A model generated the notes under the pieces. The model was given only the letters and a program-made list of their open reading frames with translations, made no database searches and was not told the DNA's origin. A DNA stretch of 64,000 bases from the NCBI GenBank assembly GCA_011109175.1, contig RDEW01000062.1, positions 181,076 to 245,075 of the forward strand, in the 5' to 3' direction. This DNA is from Dicyema japonicum (lineage: Eukaryota; Animalia; Dicyemida). Shown here piece by piece: positions 25,630 through 38,199 of this stretch (positions are counted from its first letter, which is position 1; every line of letters starts with the position of its first letter). A program made the position numbers and the translations under genes.

Positions 25630-27729
25630 TTAAGAATTTCGAGTGTTTTTCTTGAGATTAATTTGCGACTTACTATTTCCATTGATAATACTTGAACATT
25701 TTAGGAGCATTTTCAATCTCTACAAAACATCAAAGTAAAAAAAACGTGTTTAAACTTAATATTTTTCATTTGGAATAAATTATAAACTGGAACCACTACC
25801 ATAGGTAGTATAACCGTGGCAGAAAGAGTCCAACCAACCGCTATGGCCCAGCCTGGGAATTTTTTTTCACCATATTTTACTTCTTCAGTATCGATTGAAG
25901 ACAATATGAAAATAACCTAAAGTAGTAATTTTAGGTTTAAATTTATATTGAAATATTTAATTCATTTGATTAAAGCCAAACCAGTGAATATACGGGCGTT
26001 AAATAAAGAATCGTATATTTGAATATTTTTCCTGGCGGTTTTAATCCAATAATTTTCATGTCACTCACCAATCTTTCATATCCTTTAAAAATAATCAAAG
26101 TAACCAAACCATAAACCCACCCGACTGAGATTACTTCGAAGAATGCAATAAAAACTACGACCTTGCTCACAGGAAAGGAGTTAAATATTATAAAAACGTA
26201 AATTCCACCCTAAAAATCAGTATGAATTTTACGTTAGTGACCATAGTAAGGCTTATCAGAAATGAAACAAAACAAATAATTAAAGTCAATATTTCTTTTT
26301 TATATTTGATTCTAAAACGGTCTTTGAGTATGTCTTCCAAAGCCAACACACTCGCTTCCAGAGTTACAAACTATGTTTAGATTTGATTTTACCTCACTGT
26401 CGACTCCAAGGAATATTAATGACATAAAAAATAAAATTGACCATGCTGTCGAACCCGGAAGTTCAGCCAATGCACGCGGGTAAGCGATAAAAGCCAAACT
26501 AGGCCCTTAATTTATATTGAACACATTTAAAATACCATCTTTGGCGACGACATCGATATTTACATTTTGACGTTGAGCCATGAATCCAAGGACAGGAAAA
26601 ATTACAAATCCAGAAATTAAACTGCATAATGAATTCATGAGCGAATAGCCAAATACGTCCCTATATTATTTTAGAACCTATCACAAATCATTTTAATTGG
26701 AATTTTATTAAATATGCTACAAACCTATAGGAGTCGTGATCTGGTTCATTATGTGATCCCAATGCAGTCAATGCGCCACAGGCGATCGTGTATGAAAAAA
26801 ATATTTGAGTTCCAGCCTCTGCCCATATCTATTTTAATATTAGAAAACCATAAATACCTCAATTGTTAATAACTTACTCAAATCTGGTTTTAAAAAATAT
26901 TTTATTCCTTCTCGTGATCCTTCTAGTGTGACACTGCGAATCATAAGCGCAATCAAGAAAAGAAACGGAACAAGTGCTGTAACGTACATGATCTATTGAA
27001 ATTTTAATACGAAGTGATACTTTTCCGGAAATTTTAATGCCTTTCCAAATAATAAAATAGCAGATGGTGTAAGAAAAAATCATGCAGCCAAAAAGAGGCC
27101 AATTGATCGGACCGAGATTTTCGATGGAAGGTGAAATTCGTAGAACTTGATTTCTGAAAATTTAATAATTGGATTATGTGAACTCAAAAAATTCGTTTAC
27201 TGGATCTACAAAGTCTGACGAATTGGATGTGAGAGCAAAACTTTCTGTACATTTCTGTGTTGCCCATGTTTTCTCACATTTTGACCACGGAAGAGGACTT
27301 TGAAATGAAGCGAATAGATAATATGAAGTCCAGGTCAGCAATATGATATAAAAAGTTCCTAAATAGAAATTTGCTAGAACACATGACAAGCCAATGCCTA
27401 AAATATTCAACTAGAATTTGCCTTCAAAAAGCGGATTGAAATTCCAAGCCTTGAAGGCTGACTTTCTTTTGAGCTGACCAACCAAACTTTCTATGTAAAG
27501 CAAAGGAATGCCACAGATAAGGGCAGCTATAAAATAAGGAATTAAAAAAGCCCCTAAAATATATTTTAAAACGAAATTAACCTCCTCCATTTTTATAACA
27601 CAAATAAGGAAACCTCCAGATATTTCCATATCCAATTGAAAGACCCATAATTGATACTAAAAAATCCAATCTCCCACTCCAGGATTCATGATTTTCAGAA
27701 ATTTCGATACTTTTTGGTTCATTTTCCAT
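25630..27729 (-). CDS. SLC6 sodium/chloride-dependent neurotransmitter/osmolyte transporter
   Basis: [28 protein letters not shown]|[60 protein letters not shown]. Open through the short introns that were traced. Confidence 0.95.
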
Positions 27730-27864
27730 TTTGATACCATTTGCGTTATATTGGAATAATAAATGTAAGATAACGCTAACTTTAATGGAATTTAACCTAA
27801 ATTAATGTAAGTTTTCTGGTTCATTTGAAACTGATATTTTATTTTTTGACATACATGAACTTTG

Positions 27865-28175
27865 TGGCGCTGTGTAACGAGTGCAAGGCAAAAGGCATGA
27901 TAGTTCATAGTTTTAATCTCGCTGTGGTATATTCTGGCTGAAGGTTCCACGCGTCTACAAAGCTTTGGTTTGACGAGTGACACTTTCAGCATTGAACATC
28001 TCACTGCGGTACCGGATCGTGAAAATAAGGACCCAGCCGAACAAAAAGAAAAAAGAAGTGAAGAGCATTCATAGGTTCTCCATCTAAGATTAGTTAGCAT
28101 AATTGTTCTTTGGTTAAAAATGAAGTTTGTGTCATGCCTAGGAGGAGCGATAGCTAATATGGCTCTTATAAATTA
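27865..28175 (+). mobile_element. SINE family 1, near full length
   Basis: Degenerate A/B boxes, the core and the tail as in 37569-37890. Confidence 0.8.
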
Positions 28176-28231
28176 TCTATTAAGAAAAATGAAAGTTCTA
28201 GCTATGCATTAAAATATTTTATCAGAGACGA

Positions 28232-28525
28232 ATGGTGCAGTATCATAAGTGCCTGGTAAATCCTGATGGCTCCCGTTTCGAATCTCACTGCTTTACGTTC
28301 CGTCTTCATGTTTCACGTCTCTACAGTGCTTTGGATAAAACGAGTGACATTTTCATCAGTATATACTTCACTGCGGAACTGGATTGTCTACAAAGGACTC
28401 AAACTCAACAACAAAAAGTTAAAGAACATTCCCTTTCAACAATTAGTTAGTATAACTGTTCTTTACTCAAATAAAGAGTGTGAGCAATAAATATTAGGCC
28501 GCATGAAAAGCCTATTATTATTCGA
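28232..28525 (+). mobile_element. SINE family 1, second tandem copy
   Basis: tggtgcagtat A-box-like, gtttcgaatctc B box, cactgcggaactggattgtcta core, (tat)n tail. Confidence 0.75.
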
Positions 28526-28999
28526 CATAAAATTAGGTCGTAAGTTTAAATTATCATTACACGCAACAAGCTTATTCATATTTATTAAAATGAAATAAGA
28601 AACAGCCAACCGAGGATAATACAGCAGCCACCGTGACTGCGTGGCTATTCCTTCTGAGGATTAATAAGAGATTCTCTCAAATAGTCACCAGCGCTCATGG
28701 AGATCTCATGTTCGTGTCATGAATTCCAGCGTCGCAGGCGCAAGGGAACAAAACGTTTCAACCGTAATCAGAACAACGGAAAGTCCACGGGAGCTTAGTC
28801 ATATAATTATAAATTTCAAGAAATATAGTCATTTTCCTAATCACTTATTTCGAGGTTTTTCATCAGCACTCGAAGTTTTTGAAATTATATCGCCCTTCTT
28901 GAATTCAATTAAAAATTTTTTTAGATGTTTCTTTACTACTTCATTAGTCCATGGCATTTGAGGAACAATTTAATGGATATTTGTATAAGTGATCCTACA

Positions 29000-30480
29000 A
29001 TATTTTCTTGTGGTGAAGTGCATGCTTGTTTCACTGTTGACAAAGAAGCATTTTCATCGGACCTATCTACGAAAGATTTTGATAGAGAAACCAATTCTAA
29101 CGTAGACCGAGTGGTCCATGGGCTGTGTGGGACTCAAGAAAAAGGACTACCTCCTAGTCTGGTGTCACAGCCAGATTGCCGTACAAATCTCCTCTCTTTA
29201 AATGCTATTATAATCATAAAGACAGAGTTGAATGAACGTCTGAAGTTGTTCGAGCTGCTCAAGATGCTCAAGCAAAATTCGGGAGAATTCTTCGTGGTGG
29301 CTGGCCGTTAATCACTCAGATTTTCAATGAGAAGTTTGGTATGTCCAAATCGATTGCAAACTTAGAGTTTAGCCAAGTTAAAGTCGTCAAAATCCAAGCC
29401 CTCTATGAATATTGATTGGGAATAATGCATACAGCAAAGAAATCTCTAATTTTAGAGTTTGTTTAAATGAATTTTGTGTCCAAATTAATCGAGTAGAATC
29501 CATGCCTCGTATATTACTGAAGCCTACCAAAAAAGTACCCTTCCAACTTCTCAACAAAGAAATTCTCTCGGGGATTAACTCTTCAATATGGCAATATATC
29601 AATTCCTCCCCTCCCGCTAATTTGGATGATATTAAATATATCATTTATGCTGGGCAGTTAACATATGATGCTCTCTTTCAATCTACGAGAAAGAAGAGCC
29701 AGTGGGTTAAACGCATGCAATGAAGACTTCTAAAGTTGAATAAACAGCTCAAGCAAATCTCGCTGCTTGTCGAACAGAAAGGAAATAAGAGGTTCGATGA
29801 CGATACGATGGATACACTGTGCCAATATGGATATCGAAAGTCGAAGAAGGTGAATTGGGAAGAATAGTTAGTTGCATTCAGGATGACATAAATATCGTGG
29901 AGAAAAAACTCAGATTACATGAATTCCAGAAGGAATTCAGGAAACAAAATTAATGTTTCGAACTCAATCGGAGGTTTTTTTATCGAAAGTTAAATGGAGA
30001 AACCAGGGATTCCATATTCTGTTTTAATGAAAGTGAATGTCTAGCATTTTGGGAAAATATTTGGAAAGAGCATGATATCAAGGAGAACACATATCCATGA
30101 GTAGGAGAGTTACTGGAGTAGAAGACACATTTGTAGACTGCAAGAATAAAGATATCCTTGAAATAATTAAACCCCTGCCTAATTGGAAAGCCAGTGGGTG
30201 TGATGAGGTGTACAACTTTCTTAAAAGATTTACTTCAATCCATGATAAACTCTGTGAAGATGTTGCCAAAATAATATATGGTGATTATACCCCCGATGAG
30301 TGGTTTTACACAGGGATTACATATCTTATCCCGAAAAGAGATATATGTCTATCCCCGAAAGACTTGAGGCCGATTACATGCATGACTAACTTTTATAAGT
30401 TAGTGACAAAATGTGTTAACCGTAAATTGTCTGACTATATTGAAGCATTCGATCTTGTGAGTGATAATCAACTGGGAACT
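29000..30480 (+). mobile_element. R4-like RLE retrotransposon, 5' part
   Basis: FELNRRFFYRKL, WKASGCD, DEWFYTGITYLIPK, PKDLRPITCMTNFYKLVT, NQLGT. Confidence 0.8.
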
Positions 30481-30809
30481 AAAATGAAGTTTTTGAAATT
30501 ATATCGCTCTTCTGGAATTCAACTAAAACTTTCTTCTTAGATGTTTCTTTAATACTTCATTAGTCCATAACGTTTGAAGAACGATTTATAAGGATATTTA
30601 TATAAGTGAGCCTAACCATAATCTACCAAATAAAACAACTGGCATTAATTCAAAAAACTTCTTTCAACTTGGCGCCTTGAACGCAGTCATCAAAAAAATA
30701 GAAAACTCGGTCTTATCTACTTATTTCATCAATTTGAGTCGAGAGAAGCATAACAGCAATGTCATTGAATAATTAAAAATTTTTCAAACATCGTGCCCGT
30801 CCATATCCT

Positions 30810-31012
30810 CATTGTGGGAACCACTCCACCTGAGTAGGATAGAAAGGGATCCAGTTTGGATTCCGGTCAGGTATCGACGGTAGATTCCATGACGCCTCAT
30901 AGGCAAAGAGCAGAAAGGAATACTTCGACCAAGTATGTAAGGGTGTGGGAATCGAACCCACAGCTAATCGTGACGCAAGCCACTGCATCCTGGCACTACT
31001 ACCTGTCGTGCT
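30810..31012 (-). mobile_element. tRNA-derived SINE family 2
   Basis: Minus strand gcagtggcttgcgtcacgattagctgtgggttcgattcccac (B box GTTCGATTC; GTC-loop tRNA-Asp-like) followed by a body shared with 58040-58190. Confidence 0.7.
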
Positions 31013-31275
31013 TTCCATTTTTAATAACCACTAGTAAAAATTCCCTTGTAATTTTCAAAGTTGGTAGTTTTCTAATTATTTTTACGAAGAAGTTATTTTC
31101 CGCATTCACTGTAAAAATCCTTATGAATTTAACCTAACTCTTTTGAGATTTCTCACTTAAACTCAAATTTCTCAGAATTTAAAATGAAAATTGGTTCAAT
31201 GGTTGTCAATCGACCATAACACTCCACTGAGAGAGTGAACAGCTACATTGTAGTAAAATTTAAAATAAACAAAAA

Positions 31276-31846
31276 TTAAATCATGTAATCTTTTCTTAGG
31301 CCTCTAATAAGAACGTTGTGAAGAAAATTGTCTTCGTTGATCTTTTGGTTTAGTGGAGGCCAAGGATTTCCTTAAAAGTAGAAATTAGATAAACCTTTCA
31401 ATTCAAGGATAGAAATATCAACTCCCGTTCCAGGTAACCTACGAGGAGCCACAAACAAATTGGTATAAGATTCAGAACTATCTTTAAACCGAGGAACAAG
31501 AACGTTAAATAATTTTCCCAACAAATCCTTTTCCTTTAAAAATCGTAATAATAAAAGCAACCAAAAGCCAATAAGAAGCATATTTCATAGTTTCAGGATG
31601 TTGATCACCATAAAGTAAAGCACGTTGTATTAACTAAAATACTTTATGACTAAATAAAACAATTTCCATATATCCCTGAGCTTCATGAAGTTGATCATGA
31701 TAGCCTTCAATTCTTTCAAACCTTGCAACAGCAGTGACAATTTCTCTTAATTTAAGTATACGGCCTTCGGGTCCAGAACCACAAGATTTAGCTCCAGGAA
31801 GGTTTCGGCGGCGGTATAAATATGGAACTCGTAACCGTGTAGTCAT
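31276..31846 (-). CDS. MRPL17: Mitochondrial ribosomal protein L17
   Basis: GSGPEGRILKLREIVTAVARFERIE, YWLL|EKDLLGKLFNVLVPRFKD, ILELK|GNPWPPL align with human MRPL17. Three short introns. Confidence 0.92.
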
Positions 31847-31999
31847 TATATCGAAACACACGTTATAACACTAAATGTGTTTAATAAATTATAAATAAAA
31901 TAAAACTTTCAACCATTTAATAATTCAATTCATTATAATTATAAAACTAAATTTTTTTTGAATCGAGATAATCTCGTGGTAAACTACATATAATTCTGA

Positions 32000-34860
32000 T
32001 TACTCTCAAGGATCTAGCCTGCGTCATGTGGTTAGCCTTGTCTGGTGGCGTCAGATACAAGTCAAAGTTGTATCCTAAAAGAACCATTTGTCAACTACCA
32101 GCCAGAGGAATTCCCCCTGGACAGCACTTCCTACACATCCGTGGACTTTTCCGGTGAAGAATCGTCATGTCAGGAGATGTTGAAATGAATCCGGGACCAA
32201 AGTCTTTAAAGATACTTAGCCTGAACATTAACGGAATTAGAGGCAAGGCATCCGAACTGAGTTTACATTTGGAGAGGAATAAAATTAATATCTGCCTTTT
32301 ACAAGAGACCAAGTTTTCTGGGAATTCCACTACTCCTAACTTTACCGGTTTCAATGTATTGAGAGTCAATCGACAATCGGGCCGAGGTGGGGGACTATTG
32401 ACCCTTGTCAGGAGAGGCATTATGTTCGATAAACACTCCTCCATATTCAGGAATCTGATAGAAGACGCAAACACAAAGTTATTGGGATTTCGGTACAAAC
32501 CTCTCTCTGAGCTATTATTATCGCCAACTTCTATGTTCCCCCTCCAGGTTTCTGTGCAAAAGGGTTTATTATGGATTTGTCTGCCCTAGATATGATGGAA
32601 AACTTGTTGGTGTCCGGAGATTTTAATGCCAAGCACCCTTCGTGGTATGAAAAACAACCTCCAGACACAACGGGATTTCATATTATTCCCCAATTAGAAA
32701 ATCTGTCCATTATGAACGACCCAATTAGGAATACACGAACCCCGTATAATAGCAAGGATTCGGCTACATCACCGAATATTACGTTATGTTAACTACGGCT
32801 TGCTCCGCTTATATGCTGGTCGGCAAACTATGACTTACGAAGCGACCATAATCCATTCTGATCAAGATCAATTGTACACCAATGACGCGGTCAAAACACA
32901 TCATTTTTATGACTATATTAATGTTGACTGAACAGGATTCAGAAAATACGTGGATTCGGCCCTATTGAATTTCCATCCGAATAATTTCAACTCAATTGAT
33001 AGAGCCGTCTATCACTTTAATAAGGTGATTCTGGAAGGGAGAAAACTATTTGTCAGAAAAGGAATCTTAAAACTCACCAAGAAATATGATGCTAGCACAA
33101 TCCAACTAATAAAAGAAAGGAATTGTCTCAAACGTAACAATCACCTAACAAAACATGATACTAACAGAATCCGTGCAGTGAACATAAAGATCAACGAAAA
33201 GACAAAACTTCTCAAAAATCAATACTGAGCCGAATTTCTAGAGCTATGAAAAAAAGTTCACTTACCAAGATGTGGAGGATCCTGCGAAATGGCAAAAACG
33301 CTGAACACAATATCGAGGGAAACCGTAAACAGGAGGTGTATCTCAATAAATATATCAAACATTGTGTTAGAATAAGCCACAAACCATTCCAAAGGATGGA
33401 TATTTCTCCACACAAAAAACCGAAAAGGAGGCATACAACAATGTATGTTCTACCGGGAGATGTCGATTTGGAGATCCATCGAACAAAGAACACACATTCC
33501 TGTGGACCGGACGGGATCCCGGTTATTCTGTTAAAAATGATGAACACAGTGGGCGTATTAGCATTAACATGCATCTTCAACTACTCAATCAACTTCAACT
33601 GTATTCCCGCTATATGGAAACTTTCAATATTCATCCAATACTGAAGCCTGGGAAAACCAGGGGAGGACCCTGCTTTTTACAGGCCATTGTCGCTCTTGTG
33701 CGTCCAGACAAGAATCCTAGAAAGGATGGTTATGACACTCACACGACATTCCCTCCCGGATGCCAGATTTCAGCATGGTTTTAAAGAGGGACGATCAACT
33801 ATGACTCACCTAAGTACATTAAAGAAGTTCATAACAGATGGCCTTAACTAAAGACCAGTTCAGAAAAAGACGATTGTATGCTCAATTGATATCCAGAAGG
33901 CTTTTGACTCGGTTTCGAGGAAGATTATCACGCATAAAATATATTTGTCGAACATTGACGCAAACCTGAAATTATGGTTGGGAAATTTCTTGAGTGGTCG
34001 ACGAGTACACTATAGGAATCGATCTTCCGTATCGAGACTATTAGCAAATGACGTTCCCCAGAGCTCCCCATTATCTCCCCTCTTGTTTAACCTCATGATG
34101 AATGACTTGCCACTCCACAAGGGGACGATGACATATTATTAACGTATGTGGATTATATAGTCATTGCTTCGAGGGATGTGAGTATCATCGAAGCAACGAG
34201 AGGAATACAGAACAATCTGAATAAACTAAGTTTATGGCTTTGGGAAAATCAATTGACTGCTATCCCGGAGAAGTCGGTGTTGACCCTATTCACGACAAAC
34301 AGAAGACTAAGGAAAGTATCAATTGAAGTTACACTGAATGGAAAGAATATCCCGCAAAACAAATACCAGAAAATCCTGGGAGTTACCTTTGACACCTTCT
34401 TAACCTTTACAAAACATGTCGAAAATGTGTTATTGAACGAGGAAAATCAACTTCCTGAATACGTTCTTTAAAAACCTAAGAGACAAAAAAGATCTGAGTG
34501 GACTGGATTTCATATACAAACAGTTCGTTGAGACTAGAATATGATACGCATGTAATGTCTGGGGATCTAACCTTGCTGCAACGAATTTGGACAAGATCTG
34601 CAACATTCAAGAGAAGGCAGCAAACCTACTAAGGAAATATTCCCGTGTAAGAAATCGATGCCCAGAAACCTAGAAAATATGATAGAGGCGACTGGAACAG
34701 TGCCCATGCGAAGGAATCAAGTATGCGGACCCCGTCCATATCGGAAATGCACAGGTACGTAGTCAGAACACCGAAAAAAGATGCGGAAACTGTTGAGGGA
34801 GGCTGGGATCACCTGAATTTTGTTTATTTTGGATATGACGGTAGTTTTTTAGTTCAATAA
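32000..34860 (+). mobile_element. Vingi/Ingi-like APE-RT retrotransposon with N-terminal 2A, near full length but degenerate
   Basis: GDVEMNPGP at 32173-32199, then LSLNINGI..CLLQETK, SGDFNAKH, SDH, CGPDGIP, FQHGF, IDIQKAFD, VPQSSPLSPLLF, KILGVTFD. No ORF1 or RNase H seen. Confidence 0.9.
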
Positions 34861-34869
34861 TAATAATTA

Positions 34870-35050
34870 TGAGACAGACTCCAGATCACGGGAAGGTGGC
34901 CCTAAATTTAGGCAGCCGTCCTGTACGTTCATACGCGGGCAACGAAGGAAGAACACCGGGCAAAGATAAGGTCTCTGTTAGAATGCATCGGAATCACGTG
35001 ATAATTAGTTTGGTTTTACCGTGGTCCTGGGTTAAATAAATAAAAAATAA
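34870..35050 (+). mobile_element. Vingi-like 3' end
   Basis: EEHRAKIRSLLECIGIT* then ttagttt and a taaa tail. Confidence 0.65.
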
Positions 35051-35065
35051 AACAAAAATTATTGA

Positions 35066-35270
35066 CGACGTAGCATAGTGGTTAGCGCTTTTGCTTGAGT
35101 CTCGATTAGCTGGGGGTTCAATTTCTACGCCGCTACTTACTTGGTAGTAGGATTTAGTTTTCCTTTTATCTTTTACAAGAGACGCCCAAGTTAATTAAAG
35201 GAGAATACACTCCAGATAAGTAAATGGTTCCGTACTGGGATTTCTTATTTATTCCTAAGAAAGTTGTATG
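35066..35270 (+). mobile_element. SINE family 2
   Basis: tagcatagtggttagcg A box, gattagctgggggttcaatt B-box-like. Confidence 0.6.
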
Positions 35271-35339
35271 TACTCTCTAACTGCGAAAGAATCCAGGCCT
35301 CACGGCAGGATTTTTAATAACGTAATCCCCCATAATTAT

Positions 35340-36210
35340 CTCTATATCTTAGTCTTTAATAAAAATGTTATTATTATGTAACCCCCAAAAGATCTGAGAC
35401 CAATTACATTCATGTCAACTCTATATAAGCTTGTTAAAAATGTCAACGAAAAATTGTCAGACTTCATTGAAACGTACCAACCTATTAGAGATAATCAACT
35501 GAGAATTCAAAGAATTTGCAAAAAGCAGAAAAATGGGAATAAGTTAGCTTCCATTTGGATGAACGCAAAGAAAACCCATAACTCGATAGGACATGATTTT
35601 CTGAATCAATTTCTTGACAACTATGGACTTCCTTGTTTGATTGTGAGTTTCATAAAGAATTCGATTACGAAATGGAAAGTAATGCTAAATCCGCTTAGAA
35701 GCAAAATGGAGAAGTGAAAATAAAGAGGAAAATATTAGAGTGACTCTCATGACTGTCGCCTTAAGTAAAATATTAAATGCAAAATTTTCCAGAGTCCGGA
35801 TAATTTATAACCTACTTTTTATGCAACAAATCACCTACTTTTTACTGGTGACCTAAAAATATATTATCAGAATGAAGATACGACGACGAGGATGATAAGC
35901 GAAGTTGATGCATTTGACTTTAATGTAGACGAATCTAGATTCCTCGATAAAATGGATGGTTATTGATACCTTATGATGTTGGAAGACAGAAAGACCATTG
36001 TATAAAAAACAACTGAATTCCGAGTGCCGGGCAAGAGACCTAGCTTAAATCTCGCTATTGTACACAAGAAAATTGAGCGAATGGTCATATAACGGCCACC
36101 CTGATTGCATGGCTATTCCCTTTCAGGATGGAGTGCGAAATTACTCAAATAACCGGCATCGCTCACGGGGGTCTCCTGATCGTGTAGAAATCCGATTCCT
36201 TATTACCAAT
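35340..36210 (+). mobile_element. R4-like RLE retrotransposon fragment
   Basis: PKDLRPITFMSTLYKLV, NHLLFTGDLK. The 3' sequence resembles 28620-28720. Confidence 0.7.
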
Positions 36211-36329
36211 AATAAATTGTTAATCCAGTAAGTGTACGTTTTATTTGACAATAAGTCACCTAGCATTCCACTAGTAAGTGAAGTATTTGATGGCCAATTA
36301 GATATAAAATTTAATTAGTTGTAGTTAAT

Positions 36330-37314
36330 TTAACTGAAAAAGTAACATAAGTAAGGTTTCCTAAAACTATACATCCACGCACTTTCTATCTGATTGGGCT
36401 TCATTATATGCGAAGAAATTATATTTTTGCATTGACAATATTTTTCGATACCAAAATAAGACTTAAACCTTGAATCGTGAATTACTTCTATGCTGGTATT
36501 GGCTATACAAATCCCTTCAAATTGAAATTATGATTTACCCGTAAAAAATACATCTTCAAATTTCAACCAGCGTTTAAAGTCACATGTTTTCATTAGTTTT
36601 ACAAGTGTTACGATTGGCATCGCATAAGCAGAACCTTGACAATGTGCTGGATAAAATTCGTTCGGATATTCATTTTGTGAGATGAACCTTGTTATAGAAA
36701 TTTATTTACCAGCTGTGTTGTTGATCACGGATTGGTTTTGAAAAACTTATTTTCCTACATAAAGAAAGTCAGGCTTGTTAATCATTTCCAATTTTTTAAC
36801 TAAATTTTTTACATTTAGCAATATATCGTCGTCGGTTTTTGCAACAAATTTTGTGTTAATCTTAATTCTTTAATTAAACATATTTAAACATATATTTGAA
36901 TGACCCATATAACGTGGCTATTAAGTTGGCGTCATATTGATTAATATACAAAATGTCATTCTCCTTTTGCATTTCCCGCATAATATCCTCTTCGAATTTT
37001 GAATTATTAGATATTGAAAACAGAATTTTTATTGAACGGTCATAAAATGAAACCTTTCCCCAAGTTTTCCTTATAGCTTTGCGGTGATCATAGTTTTGTG
37101 GTTCTAAAATAAGTAAAATAATTAAACTCGAAGACACGACAATCGTCAATAAATACTTGTAACGATAATCCGAGTTTTCTTCAAAATTTGTGATCTTTTC
37201 AGTGGTTTGAATTGAATAATTTTTTTTAATTAAAAAAATAACCAAAGATATTCCAACAGAAACAAAGAACAATTGAATAGTTTTTTATAAACTAAAAATG
37301 CAACATCCACGCAT
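36330..37314 (-). pseudogene. GT31 beta-1,3-galactosyltransferase-like, copy 2 (frameshifted; pseudogene or assembly error)
   Basis: Colinear with copy 1, including intron positions (HRKAIRKTWG, KTDDDILLNV, CQGSAYAM, FEDVFFTG). 1-bp deletion near 36750 and a disrupted 5' end. Confidence 0.75.
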
Positions 37315-37568
37315 TTCTTTATCATCAAATTTAAATTAATTCATATTTATTTCTAAATTTGAAATATTGAATTATTCTTAAAAAATAAATATCGAATTAT
37401 TTGAAATATTGAATAATATTTATTTTTTATTTGTTAACCCCATTCGACAGAGGAAGATGGAAAAGACTAACTATAAATATTGTTTCTTTGAGTGTTGCAC
37501 ATGCGGGGCTATAATCATTATGGCTTTCGTGAAAGTGCTTTAATATAACCCCAGATTTACAATCTCGT

Positions 37569-37890
37569 GGCTTAGTGGTTAGGTGTCGGGCTTAAGTGGC
37601 TTAGGCTACGGGTTCGAATCTCGCTGCTGTTCACCTGGTGGAAGGTTCCACGCACCTACGATGCAGAAAGGGTTTGACGAGTGACGCCGTCATCAGTGAA
37701 TACTCACTGCGGAACTGGATTGTCTAGAAAGGACACTCACACAAGAAAAAGAAAAAAAGAAGTGAAGATCATTCCTTGGTTCTACGATTAGTTAAAATTA
37801 ACTGTTCTTTACTTAAAATAAAGTGTGTGTCCTGCCTATGCGGAGCTATAAATACTATGGCTCTCGTGAAAAGGCTTTATTATTATTATT
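37569..37890 (+). mobile_element. SINE family 1, full length with TSD
   Basis: A box TGGCTTAGTGG, B box GGTTCGAATC, hairpin core, CR1-like tail, (TAT)n. TSD ACAATCTCGT at 37559-37568 and 37891-37900. Confidence 0.92.
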
Positions 37891-37929
37891 ACAATCTCGT
37901 ATTTTATTAGGTAAAATTTATTTTATCAT

Positions 37930-38075
37930 CATTTGACACTCAGCGTTGACCATCAGTGAACATCTCACTGCGGAACCGGGTCGTCTATATAGGACTTCAG
38001 CCAACAAAACTGAAAAAGAAATGAAGCGCATTCCTTGGTTCTCTTTCTACGATTAGTTAGCATAACTGTTTTTTA
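37930..38075 (+). mobile_element. SINE family 1 fragment
   Basis: catcagtgaacatctcactgcggaacc core. Confidence 0.75.
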
Positions 38076-38199
38076 CTTAATTTTTCGTAAACCTAGCACA
38101 AAAAGTCACAACTAACTTATCCAAGGAAATAATCCAAAGGAGAAAGTCTGCTTGTGTTGACCAAATCATCCTCCAATAGTACTTCTGCTTCCGAAGAGA

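Noticed and set aside
32013-32087. Possible HDV-like ribozyme at the 5' end of the 2A element (P4-like GATACAA/TTGTATC, CTAAAA, P2-like GTGGTT/AACCAT)
   Set aside because: No convincing P1 or P1.1 could be folded by hand. An Infernal scan of the family consensus would be needed.
37660-37725. Hammerhead ribozyme on the SINE minus strand (CTGATGA present)
   Set aside because: The required GAAA after stem II is absent (TCAAA). CAGTGA lies in a stem, so it is not an iron-responsive element either.
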